A DNA stretch of 64,000 nucleotides, from positions 7,812,001-7,876,000 of the forward strand of contig OZ210884.1 of the NCBI GenBank assembly GCA_964658305.1. The letters are read 5' to 3'. The position numbers were made by a program, and so were the translations under genes. Within the stretch, counting starts at the first letter, position 1. Every line of letters starts with the position of its first letter. Below the pieces are notes generated by a model. It ran no database searches and was not told the DNA's origin. It saw nothing but the letters and a program-made list of their open reading frames with translations. Of this stretch, positions 35,195 through 49,100 are shown piece after piece. This DNA is from Leptogorgia sarmentosa. Taxonomy: Eukaryota.

Positions 35195-38100
35195 TCACAT
35201 TAAATTCCACGGCATGTCATTAAGAACAGTGCTTAAGTCATCACTTTCTAAAACATTCATTAACAGGGACAAACTATCCTCATCATCGTTGACTTCTGTA
35301 TTTTCCATTGCGTCTATAGCTCCCTGGATACCCGCCAACTGCTCTATCATTATGCCATCACTTTGCTCTTCATTTTCACTTTGTATATCATCAGTTCCTT
35401 CGACATTATTTTGTCTGTAGTTATCTAATGCGTGGCCACCACGTGGAGGACTCGACGAACTATTCGAAACAGTTTGTTCACTTTCCTTTGGTCTGTCAAC
35501 GTTTGAGTATTTTGCAGACTGAGAACTACTATATAATGAGAAGAACAAATAATTTGTGAATTTTTCCTGCAGCAAAAACCGAAAATTATTATATAATACG
35601 CAATCGTGCATGTGATAACAACTTACATTCTCAATTGATGTCCCATTTTCTTAGCTTCTTCAGCTAGCATCACGCCAATATCTGCGGGGCTGGCAATCTT
35701 TGGCGAGTCTCCAGATTTACTGCTGCTTGTATTCAACCCACGTTTTCTCTGGGATTTTGCTGCAAATGGAAATAATATTGTGTGAAACCATGACAAGAAG
35801 TCGAAACGTAAACTTTACTTGTATGGTTGTAATTGCATTAACAATGGTCAATTCCTCAATGTGATAATGCTTTTCCGAAATGTGGAAATGCTTTTTCGAA
35901 ATATGGTAACGCTTTATTTTGTGCATATAATGCAAAATGAGTATAAAGTTTACGATATTTTGCAAACCAAACTTCACAATTGACCGTAGCAAAGATGGCG
36001 GCATGTACATTTTACCAGAATGCATTGGGGGTATTATTGGGGGTATTACGCAGCATTCAATAAAATTACAGTACTTTCATTGTTTTCCTGGTTTTCCAAT
36101 TTGGCCAACAAATTACGAAGATTTTCGCTCATTTCTTCGTGTTGTTCAGTGGAATCATTTGATGTCTAATTAATGAAATTACAGATTATCAGAAATATTG
36201 ACTTCAAATATTAAATTATTATTTAAATATTATTAATTATTTAATTAATTAATTTATAATTAATTAATTAATTTATAATTAATTATTTATAATTAATTAT
36301 TTATAATTGATTATTTAAATATTAAATTAATTATAATTTAATATTTATAGCGCCGGTAGTTGCAGCAGGTTGCTAGGGATATATATGATGGTATTTGTGT
36401 TTTCTTACCATTTCCTCTGTTCCTCTTTGCGTGTTGAATGAAACCGCACTAACCAAAACAAGAACATGTCAAAAGTGACATTCTTTGCGAGAAATGCCTC
36501 AGAAGTCAGAAGTGGTGTTAATTTGAGGGCATTTCTTTTCCTTCCCGAGGTCTCTTACCATCCACACTTTCTTACTTCTAATTATATTATGGTAACTTAC
36601 CTTATAACAACATTCTTTGTGACAAGATAATCAACCTCCTTTGACCAAGGATTTCGAAGTACAACTGACTTCGTTTTCAAGGGAATGTAGTGCCCAGCTT
36701 TCGTGCGAAACCTGTACAACACTTCTGGTCGTGAGCTACACTTGTTGTTGAGGGCCTTGTAATGAGCTTCAGCTACGATTTTAAGGTCATCTTTATGAAA
36801 GAAATCATATGCTGATTTGCCGACAACTTCGTCCGAACAATAACCACAAATCTTCGTAAAACTGAAATAAAGAAACAAATTCAATATCAAGCTCTCAGTA
36901 TATTATAAATTAAATTATAGCAAATCATATATTTGTTTATTTAAGTACTAGTAGTTCATTATTACGTTCTAAATTGATACGAATCCGATACCGTGTAACT
37001 AGTGAGGGCTCATTCTCGCTATTTTGTTTCATAAAATAAAACATATTATTCACCTTTTATCAATACGAACGAATGTTGCATCAGCTCGTTGTCTAGTTTC
37101 AAACTCACATATCTGTCCCAGCTTACTGTAGTCGGTTTGCTCTTTATCTATTTCCATAACCCGACCTACAGCGACTAAACAACTGCGAGAGTTGGGATCG
37201 TTGCTTGATTTTGCTTCCTTCTTCGGTGGCCATGATTTCAAATAACCTTCGTATGAAACTATAAAAAGCAAGAATGTTCACACAATTTCCCTGAATCGCA
37301 AGACAAAATGTTCGAAATAGAAATTTCGTTTTCCAACCAGATATTGTTTCTATATCAGCAATAACATTTGACTATTGTCACGCCTTGATGTGAGGAGTAG
37401 TTTTCATAAGGTCGCTATAGCAGTTTGTTATTTCTAAGCAAAAATATAGAGACTGCAACACTTTTATTTTAATTTTTATGGATAAGTTTAGATAAGATAA
37501 CATCAAGCGACAGCTAGCGACTTCACGGAAGGCATGCATGCAAATTATATTCTCACTTCTAAATTTTGTGGTCAACGTATACTGTAAGTACTTACTTAAA
37601 ACAGATTCTCCTTCATTCAATAACACATCAGGTTTGCTTTTCCTAAGAGACGTCTTTGTTCCCATGCCAATTTTATCTTCAGGTTTCCCACCTTTCTTCA
37701 TATGACAAAGGAAAGAACGCTTAGCTCCAGGACATAAATCCCCTGAATTCTCAATCAGTTCATTCAATAAAGGAACTTTTTGGGGGTCGCTCTTTTCCTC
37801 TTTGCTGTCCGACACTGTCGTGAATAATTGTGTTTTCACCATAGATACATCCTTACTGTGGACCAGCTCGTAAAAATTGAAACCAACCATGTCGTCCTAG
37901 AATGAATGAGTAAAAACATTCGCATATGCATAACACAACCTACCATTTAACATTAACCCCATACTCGGACTTCTCACTTGGAGAGCCCAACATTGAAACT
38001 ATATATAATGGTGACGACCTAAAACTTTTGCTGAAATTCATTTGCATTCGTTATGGCAGGCGACGTTTTTAAACAAGCTTCAACACGAGTCTGAAACATA

Positions 38101-41100
38101 GTTTTACAGCCTACATTATGCATACTATACATTATACATAATTACATTACGCATTAATGTATAGGTTCATTTTATCAGACCGTCGTTTTTCGATCTCACT
38201 ATGATAATTCCTAAAGAGAATCCCGAAAAACATAGTTTTACAGCCTACATTATATGCAGACTATATATTATACACAATTACGTTACGCATACCTGCGATA
38301 TATTCAGTATACCCTCAACTGAATCAGTGACGTACAAAACCTGTCCACGGTCACACTCAACAACAATGATGAATCCACCAGATGCCTCGGTAATCAGGTT
38401 CCGCAGGTCATCATCTGATACAAAACTTGGCTTGTGATCGGTTTCTTTTAAAGGTTCTGTTGAACCTAAACAAAATAGTGCAACAGTCAGATGGGCCATC
38501 AGATTACAAATTGCTAGCTGATCTGGCCGTGAGTAAAAGGCCTGGGCTCGGTCAAACATTTAGGATAACAGCGTTGGATGATTATTGAGAAGAGTTGAGA
38601 AACGAGGGTTTGCAGGAGAGTTCTGTCATGCAACCTTCATGCGCTGGTCAAAATGCAGTCTCATCATTCTCGTCAAAATTTGAACCAGTTCAAAGTCGAT
38701 GAGAGTTGGCGATTAAACGAGAGCGATAGTTGCAACTCTCATCCTCGTTCGACCGGGTGTTAACAGACATGTTAATGCCTAACCCTATCCCCATCTAACC
38801 CTAACCGTTTTCGTGACTGCGTAACATGAAAATATAACCCCAAATTGACGAGCGCAATGTACCTTTCAAAACTTTCATGTGCTGAACTGCAAACTTTAAA
38901 ACTGTCAGTTTATCTGGCTTTTTACCCACGGATGGTGGTAAAGGAATCATGGTGGACAACTCATTAATGCATTGGTTCATCTTATCACGCCGTCGTTTTT
39001 CGATCTCACTATGAGAATTCCTAAATTGTAAAATATAGTAAGTATACAATGCAAGTCATTCTTCAAATACAGTGGCTAAATCATGGAATTGAATGGCGCA
39101 ATAAAGTCGACCGACTTAATAGTGGGATCGGATGATTCATTAGGAATACAGCGTTGGGTTTTAAGTTAGAAATGTGGTTGAAATTTACATCAGCATTAGA
39201 AGTCGAGAATTTATACAATGAGTGTGTATACTTCAGACGTGTTTAGCTTTTTACTCGTATAGTATATATTCAAACGAGGAGCATATGTTGGTATATGTAC
39301 TTGTGAACGTGACATCAATATCGTGAGAAATCGAGGGCGAGAGATCAAACATGAAAATATTGCGAAAAATAATTTTAAAATGCGTATCAGAAGACATTTT
39401 CTTTAACGAAAATTCACATGTTCTGCTACTCGCTAGCTATCGAGGAATAGATAGCCAGTGAATGAATTGCTTTCACATACTTTTTATTACTTGACTTGTT
39501 TATTAAAGTTTTGTACAGTCGAAACACAGATAGCTAACGAAAATAATGAGTTAATTTAAATGTTGATAATTAAATATTAAATAACTACGTGATAACAATC
39601 TTTAATCATTCTCACAACAAATGAAGACACTGCACATAAATGACGCTTATAATTAAAAAGAGAGTTTAAAAAATTACGTATTTGGATCAAACTAAATACT
39701 TTTTGTTTTCACATTTTAAGTCTGAAGAAAGCAACTTCATTGACTGGCGTCAAACACTTCAACATCACCGCCCAATTACATTGAGTATTTTCTTCCTCGC
39801 GCGAAAAAAAGTTTTGGTATTGGCCCTTGCACGTGCAGGAAACCATTTCGGGTAAACACTGAATTACACAGTACTGTTTACTTATTTAAAAAAATCACTG
39901 CTTATAATGTACTTTTGTATGAATGAGGAAGTTTCCATGTTTCAGATAGAAACCCGACGTTCGACGTTAAGAAGTCGGTCACAGTCACAGTACCCCTCAT
40001 CCTAGAGGGATTTAGTGCCACCTTTTACTGCAATAAGTATAGAAAAGCTTTACCCACAAGGCTTCAGCTAATACTGACCAGCCTTGGATTGTTTAGTACT
40101 GTTACCCCATGTTCAATTAGCTCAATAATGTTTTCTCAATATTAACTCTTGACAACCACAGTATGAAGAATGTGGATGATAAAACAATGTCAAACAATAT
40201 TCTACAGAATTTCATTTTTACAGAATGCGGGCTGAATTATATTATGTGAATATTATAAAAGTTGAAATTAAAATCATCCCAACACTTACACACTTATACA
40301 CACAGTGTAAGTGTACATGCATATCTGACATCAATGTGGTAGCAATTCTCGCGCGTAACACAATTAATGAGAATGGCCAAATCCCCAACACATTACAACA
40401 ATTTTTAACGAAATTTTAGAGTTTTGCCATTTTTATAGGTTATTGTTTAGATCAAAAGTTTGTCTATAATCATTGATGCTTTCTTTGCATGGGCAGACAG
40501 ATACCCAGCAATATATACGTATAGAAATATATATACCTTTCTGAAGAAGCCTTTTCCATCTTAAAATTTTCAAGTTTATTGCAGGTTATAATATTTTGTC
40601 ATGTCCCGAATCATTCACAATCCTTCGCCTATTGACATTCTTGTTATGCAGTTCTCGCTTCATATTGTGAAAGGCATGCAGGTGTACAATTACGATAAAT
40701 GGATGCATTTACGTATCAAGAGAAAAACATGAAGTCGCACAGACAAAACACGAGTGCAATTGCAAAATAATATGCTGTAAACAATAAACCCGTAATTCCG
40801 TAAACTTCAAGACAACGTCAAATTTTTAGCTTTGTCTTATTCTCCATTACGAAAGAACATTTGTGGCATTTTTATGAGAAACGTAACTCATTGGGATGAT
40901 ACAACGAAAAAGTACTCGTAGCTATGCTGAAAGTTGTTTTTAATAGCTATAACACACACGAAACACGGCGAGGGGTCGTTATCTGGGAAATCTGCATGAC
41001 GACTCAGACGCAAACACTTAATATTTGTTCTTGGCAATCTTCCCTTCCAACTTGCAGTTATACAGCTGATTTGCTAGCCACTGGCACTGTTGTTGTTTTT

Positions 41101-44100
41101 TATAAAATGGAATTAAGTTAATCATAACAAAAAAATGCGCGCAGTTCCTGACAACTATAACAGTGCACGGCCCAATTTGCAAAACATTCAGATGAAAACA
41201 ACATTGCACAACACGTACACCAAAACATAATTTAGATGATTAAATTTTCGTTGAACATTTTTATCTGAATGTTTTGGTGTATGTGTTGTGCGATGTTGTT
41301 TTCATTTAAATGTTTTGGTGTATGTGTTGTGCGATGTTGTTTTCATTTGAATGTTTTGGTGTATGTGTTGTGTAATGTTGTTTTCATTTGAATGTTTTGG
41401 TGTATGTGTTGTGTAATGTTGTTTTCATTTGAATGTTTTGGTGTATGTGTTGTGTAATGTTGTTTTCATTTGAATGTTTTGGTGTATGTGTTGTGCGATG
41501 TTGTTTTCATTTAAATGTTTTGGTGTATGTGTTGTGCGATGTTGTTTTCATTTGAATGTTTTGGTGTATGTGTTGTGTAATGTTGTTTTCATTTGAATGT
41601 TTTGGTGTATGTGTTGTGTAATGTTGTTTTCATTTGAATGTTTTGGTGTATGTGTTGTGTAATGTTGTTTTCATTTGAATGTTTTGGTGTATGTGTTGTG
41701 TAATGTTGTTTTCATTTGAATGTTTTGGTGTATGTGTTGTGCGATGTTGTTTTCATTTGAATGTTTTGGTGTATGTGTTGTGCAATGTTGTTTTCATTTG
41801 AATGTTTTGGTGTATGTGTTGTGCAATGTTGTTTTCATTTAAATGTTTTGGTGTATGTGTTGTGCAATGTTGTTTTCATTTAAATGTTTTGGTGTATGTG
41901 TTGTGTAATGTTGTTTTCATTTAAATGTTTTGGTATATGTGTTGTGTAATGTTGTTTTCATTTAAATGTTTTGGTGTATGTGTTGTGCGATGTTGTTTTC
42001 ATTTGAATGTTTTGGTGTATGTGTTGTGTAATGTTGTTTTCATCTGAATGTTTTGGTGTATGTGTTGTGTAATGTTGTTTTCATTTAAATGTTTTGGTAT
42101 ATGTGTTGTGTAATGTTGTTTTCATTTAAATGTTTTGGTGTATGTGTTGTGCGATGTTGTTTTCATTTGAATGTTTTGGTGTATGTGTTGTGTAATGTTG
42201 TTTTCATCTGAATGTTTTGGTGTATGTGTTGTGCAATGTTGTTTTCGTTTGAATGTTTCGGTGTATGTGTTGTGTAATGTTGTTTTCATTTGAATGTTTT
42301 GGTGTATGTGTTGTGCAATGTTGTTTTCGTTTGAATGTTTCGGTGTATGTGTTGTGTAATGTTGTTTTCATTTGAATGCTAACAGCTAACATTTCACAGT
42401 ATTTTAGTTTAAAGCGAAGTTTGGGATGTATGTATTTCTAAATGATGGATTATTTGTGATAAAGTTGCCAACATTTGGATAGTCTTAAGATATAGATACA
42501 ATGACTGCGTGCGAACTGCGTGCATGCGAACTGCGTGCGTGCGGACTGCGTGCGTGCGGACTGCGTGCGTGAGGGTCAGTGAGTGCATAGTTGATGACAA
42601 GCACAATAAGCAACGCCTGGAAAGACAGACTACGACATTCAAAGATACATTTTCGTTATTGTTAATGATTTTTAAGTTATAAACTAAAAGTTAAGTTATA
42701 ATTAAATAAGTGTATATTTGGGCTACCTATGATACAAAGCTTGTTTTTTAAAGTTTAAACAATAAAAGTCAACGTCATTTAGAAGTTATTTGCAGGGGTG
42801 TAGTAATAATTACTGGGGGGAGAGGAGGAGGGGGTGTATAACACGACCACGTTATTACGTACCGAGATTTTAAGAATGGACAGATGGATTTTACCAAGTG
42901 AATGTTTTTCAGACTCATAAAACCGAGATTCAGTCTGCAATGGACCGATGCGTTGGCAACTTTTTAAACCCATTCAAACTGCTCTAATGGTAGGCTGTTG
43001 GTGTTTAATTAGGCTAACAGCCAACTGTGTACTTACTTTTTATCCACAACTTCCATTGGAGATGACATTGTAGCAATGTAGTCTGAAAAAAAATCTTTAT
43101 TAAAGCACAATCTGGGATCTTGAATACTGGGACATAGAATAAATTCTATGACCAGTATTCAGAAACAAAACATGATAAATAAAGGCCAAATTAATATCCA
43201 CAGTCATGTAAAATCAGTCTGCATGAAGCTAGCTATTAGAAAGGTCTATAATAATTGGTCATGAATTTGATAACTTTGTTTCACTGGCAGTCACAGACAC
43301 GTACAGCTGTTCTCATTAATTACTCGGGCTACCGTAGGTAGACCGAGTTTAAAAATGGGCTTCGATTTTCCTTTTTTTCGGTCGCGAGTTTGCAAAAAAC
43401 ACACGTGACCGACACGAAATCCTTGAACCAATGAAAATCTTCGTTGAATCGTTTCACGCGTGGGTGTCATGGTCATGCCACGCGCACTGCCAGTGGGTTC
43501 GTCATTTATAAACTTCATGTAGCCCGAGTGAACGCCTGATAGGCGTCTTGTTCAAATTTAAGTTGCAGCCACAGCTGCTCTTTGATTAATCGAGTCAGAC
43601 TCAGAGCACATTGCCTTTGATAAGTAAAATAGTCTGGTATAGACAGATCAAAATAATGAAGTACGGCACATCAGTCCTGCATGTTGCAGCTTAATGGGTA
43701 ATAATTGGCAGCTTCGGTCCATTGAGGGACCCAAAGTACAGTACTTTCTATGTTAGCTCATCTGCTCTTCGCAAACACTTCTGAACAGATTCACAGGCAG
43801 TGTACATAAAAATACTTTCGGGGTAGTAAGAGTTATAACTGTGTAGATCACAACAGAGGCAATTGGTCTGGATCGCAAGTAAATTAACATCAGAATACAG
43901 TATAAGGTTCCTGACTCGCAAGGAATTAGCAAGCTGGACGTTGGAATCAGTAGGTTGATTTCTGTTTTATTATTTAGGTAGTGAGTGGACGTTTTCCAAC
44001 ATTTTATTAATATATTTCATCATTAACTAATATTTCACAGCTGAGAAGTAATTTATGCATTACTGGCACTAAGATTGTTTACTTCATTCTAGGTCATAAA

Positions 44101-44528
44101 ATTATAGGACAAAATTTCTTTAGGACTTGAAATTTTATCTATCAGTTTGTCTCATCACTCTGCCCATGATACATAACAACCTTTAGTCAATAACTCAACA
44201 CATCAGGACTACAGAGTCACACTGTCCCACGTTAACAAAGTTATAGATAAAGAAAGAGGGCGCAGTTATTCGCTACCTACAATGCCTCCTTATACAACGA
44301 GAATGGACTGTCTAGCAAATACAAAGAGCCTGGACGTTTCAAGCAAGACTACAGTACAGTGAGTACACAAACACTGGGTAATTGTCTAGTTTGTCTAGTC
44401 TCTGATGCAAAAACGTTACTTCTTTCATAATATTCTCCGATCTCAAAAAGTGTTAGGTATAAACACAAGTTAACTTCCTTGTCAAATACTGAATACGTAC
44501 TTGGTGATTGTTCTTCATTACTCGACAT
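35195..44528 (-). CDS. ARNTL: BMAL1/cycle-like bHLH-PAS circadian transcription factor
   Basis: Exons 44528-44501 and 43082-43037 (or alternative first exon 40559-40537), then 39020-38863 (bHLH HSEIEKRRRDKMN...DKLTVLKFAVQHMK), 38465-38293, 37896-37596, 37258-37054, 36861-36601, 36448-36409, about 35750-35627 (acceptor uncertain) and 35528-35195. KPSFVSDDDLRNLI, LCPGAKRSFLC, NPWSKEVDY and a C-terminal LLMNVLE...DMPW resemble the BMAL1 transactivation tail, favouring BMAL over ARNT. Confidence 0.88.
41181..42378. repeat. 41-bp minisatellite (~27 copies, 41263-42378) preceded by one inverted copy (41181-41227)
   Basis: Unit TGAATGTTTTGGTGTATGTGTTGTGTAATGTTGTTTTCATT. The upstream AAAACATTCAGATGAAAACAACATTGCACAACACGTACACCAAAACA is its reverse complement. 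Confidence 0.95.
43317..43552 (-). mobile_element. ~235-bp interspersed repeat with Helentron/DINE-like layout, copy 2
   Basis: Reverse complement of 26958-27193. Confidence 0.75.
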
Positions 44529-45011
44529 AATCTGAAAGAAGTTTACAAGCTACGAACGATATTCTGGCACTTCCGGATATGTAAAACCATTCTGTCTCTT
44601 GTAAGATTCTTTCCCTCGTGAATAAAAAACTCTATCATGTTGTAAACATCATTAAGACACCTGAAACACTGTGATCATGTTGCAAATATGATACATATAC
44701 AACGTTATATATCAGCAATAGAAACACCAGGCGGAAAACGAATTCTCTTTTACGAATTATTTGCTGGGCAATAATTTTTCTGACTAATAAACAACGTTCT
44801 ACGAGCCTGCGTTACATGGTCAGCGATCATCCCTTTCAGCTTTGGTCTTAATGTGTAACTGGATGGAGAATGGATATTTTTCATTGAGCAACGAACACTA
44901 GCTGACAAAAGAATATAATTGAACTTCTTAACTTTTATCAGCTGATTGTGTAGTTCTATGGAAAGTTGCCAGGTTTTGACTGAAAAGTTTAGTTTCCTTG
45001 TGGTCCCACAA

Positions 45012-45151
45012 CAATCTCGTACCCAGGCTCTTTCCTCTTCCCCTCGGGGAGGAAAGACCCTGGTCGGAGCTGGTCACGTGAACCCCCAGATTTTGGGGTA
45101 AATTGAAATTGAAATTTGGGGGTGAATGGAAAGAGCCTGAGTACGAGGTTG
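45012..45151. mobile_element. MITE (CAACCTCGTWCCCAGG-type termini)
   Basis: CAATCTCGTACCCAGGCTCTTTCC...GGAAAGAGCCTGAGTACGAGGTTG. Solo right ends of the same type at about 25811-25831 and 34206-34226. Confidence 0.7.
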
Positions 45152-45366
45152 GTCCCATAACTGGTGGGTTTTATGACGCCAGGGGGGTCGACGCGCACCT
45201 TTTCCACACTGAATTGAGCCGTGAGGGTCAACCTCGAGCAAATGGCTCAAGATTGTACATGTTTGATTCGTCAACAAGCCCAAGGCCCAACACAAGGCCA
45301 ATATTCAACTCACTCCGATGACTGCGTATTTTGACTGAATTTGCGCACATATGTATCGTATGAGTA

Positions 45367-45374
45367 TGACGTCA
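45367..45374. promoter_or_regulatory. Perfect CRE (TGACGTCA) at the candidate distal promoter of the BMAL-like gene
   Basis: Palindromic CRE about 55 bp upstream (minus strand) of a GTGAGT donor at 45313-45308 that would close a non-coding first exon. Confidence 0.4.
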
Positions 45375-45410
45375 CATCAAACTAAGAATATCTAGTCAGT
45401 AGTCAATACA

Positions 45411-45641
45411 GAAGGTCCTGAAGGGGGTTCCCATTCACTTTTCAGCCCAAATTTTGATTAAATCCCAGTGTCTAAGAGCACAAATCCCATCGTCTCAGTG
45501 GCTGTTCTGCTCAAACTCTTAATCCCATTCCCATTTTCCGTTGTTTTTTTGCAGATGAATCCAGTCTCAGTGCATAGAATCCCATTTTGCCAGCCACAAA
45601 TGAGCAAATACCAGTTCCTATTTTACCCCTTCAGGACCCTC
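45411..45641. mobile_element. MITE
   Basis: GAAGGTCCTGAAGGGG...CCCCTTCAGGACCCTC inverted termini with internal ATCCCA repeats. Confidence 0.65.
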
Positions 45642-46148
45642 ATGCATCCATTATCCCCTAATATTAATATAATTTAAAAGCGCCGTCATTCTGCAACAGA
45701 TTAAGCGTTTATAACACTCCGCCTTCATCTGATTTGAAAGCTTCGTTGGCAGCAACTGTAGCAGGTCTTTGTAATGGCATTGTTGTGCCATGAACTTTGT
45801 AACTTCCAGTAAACTTTTGTTTGCCGCCAACATTACCTGGGCCAGAAAAAAACTGATTACTTTGTATTCAGCTTATTTGAGTAAAATCCTAATTCCCAGT
45901 CCAAAACAAGGGGTCAATCCTATCCTATTACCTCGAAAGATAGACTAGACTGTACTAATCCGTTTTCTAGAACTCTAACCGTTAGAGTTCTAGAAAAGTA
46001 ACCTGCACAAAGGTGACTGGAGGCTAGCTTCCCATTTACCCCTACACGACTTTCTTGAATACGGCATAAACGGCCTTTATCAGCGGTTAAATTCTCATCA
46101 GTCATTAAATCTAATTTATCAGAATTGATTGACATTTCTTTTCCTGAA

Positions 46149-49100
46149 TTATTCATGTTTTTTAATGGTGGTGGAACGTACTCTACCTGATTGTAAAGCT
46201 GCGTTTGCCTGTCCTCTGTTTTGAACATTTCCTGCACCAAGCACTTTCTCTTTTACAAATCGTGTTGAAAACGTGTAGAGGTAAGGATTGATGGAGCTGT
46301 TGATGGGCAAAACAAACACGGCCGTCCAGGCATACACTTCCTGAGATGGGTCATAAAGACGTTCCGTCAGCGCCATAATCGACAAGATGATCACAGGAAA
46401 CCAACAGAGGAAATCTGCCAGTATTATAAACATCATGCGTTTGGCAATGGTTGAATCTTGTTTCATTCTTGTTGATCTGACTGCGTTCGCTGCTTTCGTT
46501 GCTGTACGGTACATCTTGGCGTAGGCGATGACGATGCAGAAAAATGCAAAACCATTGAGAGCCACAAAAGCAAATACGGAATATTCCCAACCGGCAGGTC
46601 TTTCACTGGACAACATGAATGGTAGGCACAATGCAGTTTGGCCAAAAAGATTAACTTTGCCGTCTTCGTCGAAGAAGTAGGAATCATTCAACAACGGTGC
46701 CACTGCTATGATGGAACTAACTGACCAAACAACTGCCATGATAAACATCGCTTTCCTCAGAGTTAGTCTCTCGAAACGAAATGGAAATACGATGCATATC
46801 AAACGATCTAAAGTTATCACAAACAATGTGAAAACTGACGCTTCATTCGAAAGGGTTGCAATCACTCCGGCTGTGAAACATAGCTTACTCTCCCGCCAAG
46901 TGAAGTGATGTTTATAATACATTCCATTCCAAGACGTATCTTTGAATGCGATAATAAACAAGTAAACACCCATAAGAAGATCAGCAGCAGCCAGATTTGT
47001 TAAGAGAAACGAACTCACTTGATTCTGGTCTTTTGTGAACACTCTACATTCAGAATGTAAAAATTATCATTGTACTGAACTGAAAAAGTGACTGACTGCA
47101 TCAACCACTCTTAGGGTCTGTTCATATGAGCAGAAGTTATCCCGGTTAGCGAGAAAACACTTCGACAAGTTTACAAACGAGATCTCGTCTTGTAATTAAA
47201 TTAATACGAAAAGTTAAACTTCGTTCATATCAGACGAATTAAAGTAGCTACGTTTTTCCCGGGTACCGAGATCTTGCTTGTTAACAGGCGAGATCTAGGT
47301 GACCGAGATAATTACTGTCCCATAAATATGAACCATCGATACATAACTCATTAGGAGATCATAAATTTCATTACCTCCATAAAATCACAGCCAAGTTTCC
47401 GACCAGAGCCAAAATACTCAGAATCCAAATAAAATACTTGAGGACATTGTACTTAAGCAATCTGCCACAATTTGACAAACCGTCTGAATGACGAATGTCG
47501 CACAAAACATTCGCTTTTGCTGCTTGTGCAGCACAACAATGTGTAAAATCGTCAACTTTCCTGGAATAATACATATTCATAGTTTACTTAACAAATTACT
47601 GTACAATTTCATTACCTCAGTGGAAGAGAAGAATGGCCACGAAAAAAGTTTAAAGAAATACAAATTTTATATAACATGCATGTATAGGGACTTCAATTTC
47701 ATCCATGCATCCAGAGCTGGGAAACACACTTTAGCTACTTTATGCTGAATGAAAAAATCATTAATAAATTAATTATACAGGGGGTTGCCAAAAAAAAAGA
47801 GCCCCCCTATTTAAAAAGGGCTTTTTGTGTAAATGTAGACACACATGCGGTATGGATAAAATGTATTGCCTCACAAGCATTCAACAAATAGTTCGTGCTA
47901 AAAGTGATGGGTTTTAGCCAATCTCACTGTAATCAATGTGAAACTGTTGCCATCGAGGAAGCAAATGAGAAGAAAGGTCTAAGAAGAAGATAGCTAGAAA
48001 CCTTCAATATTGGACTCACCCCGTGCTAGACGCGAGCGCTTGGAAAGTAGCAACGAAAGTCGTATGAAGGAAAGTGAGAGTGCTGGATGAATGCCAGGTT
48101 CTGGAACACCGCACAAGACAAGGATTCATGAAGACAGGCTTTTGATGAGAGAGGCTGTTAAGAGATTATCAACTCTCGAATGTTTGCCCAAATATCGCTG
48201 ACCTCGCACAGCCACTAATAAAGCGCACATATATGTAACCAAATATCACCATGGACTAAAACGCCGCCTCTGCCAAAAATAAACCGAAAAATTTAATTCG
48301 AACAATCTTCAGTCCGATTACTCAATGGAGATAACTTAATATGGCGCCATGACAAGGACTCTTAGGAACGATTCGTATTGTGGAATATTATCTGAGGAAT
48401 CAATTTTAATTGAAAATTGAAGTGTTCTTTTGCTAACACAAAGCCCAGACCCCAATCCCATTTAGAATTTGTTGCGGAGCCAGGAGAGAAGACTAGATAT
48501 GAAATGTTCATCTCGAATTGAGGAGTAGTTATTTGAGGAGTCAGGGTTGGAAGAATAACAACCATGAATACGTTCATAAACTTGTCTAGAACATCCTTGG
48601 GTGCAGTCCACAGATCATCAAAGGTTGCGAATATCATATTGCTTACCAAATGTTGTGTTCTTAGAGTGAAATAGGACTATTTCTCTACATCTCATTTGTC
48701 GTGCAATCCTTTTTTTACGACATAAGGAGTATGACTTATATAAACCTTGTTTATTTCTGTGTGAGACAAGGGGGCTCTTTTTTTTTGGCAACCCCCTGTA
48801 AATGTACCCCATCACAAATATGACGGATTTGGTAAGAAAGGACGTAAGAAAAAAAGGCTAAATACCATGCATGCACGAATTCGTGCAGTGACGTGAATAA
48901 GATTTTTGCCGCTTGGCGTCCCCTGCCAAATTAACGGCATTATTTCATGTTCCGGTGCCTCGAAATGGTGAGTAAATATACGTTTACAGCCAAACATGAC
49001 ATAATAATTTATCATGTGTTGACGATTGTTGAGCATGTATTGTAACAATTAAGATACTCACAAACTGTGTAGTAACTGTAGTGAGCCAAACAAATTCTCT

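Noticed and set aside
42204..42642. Repetitive ORFs (KTTLHNTYT, THAVR)
   Set aside because: Translations of the 41-bp minisatellite and a 15-bp microrepeat.
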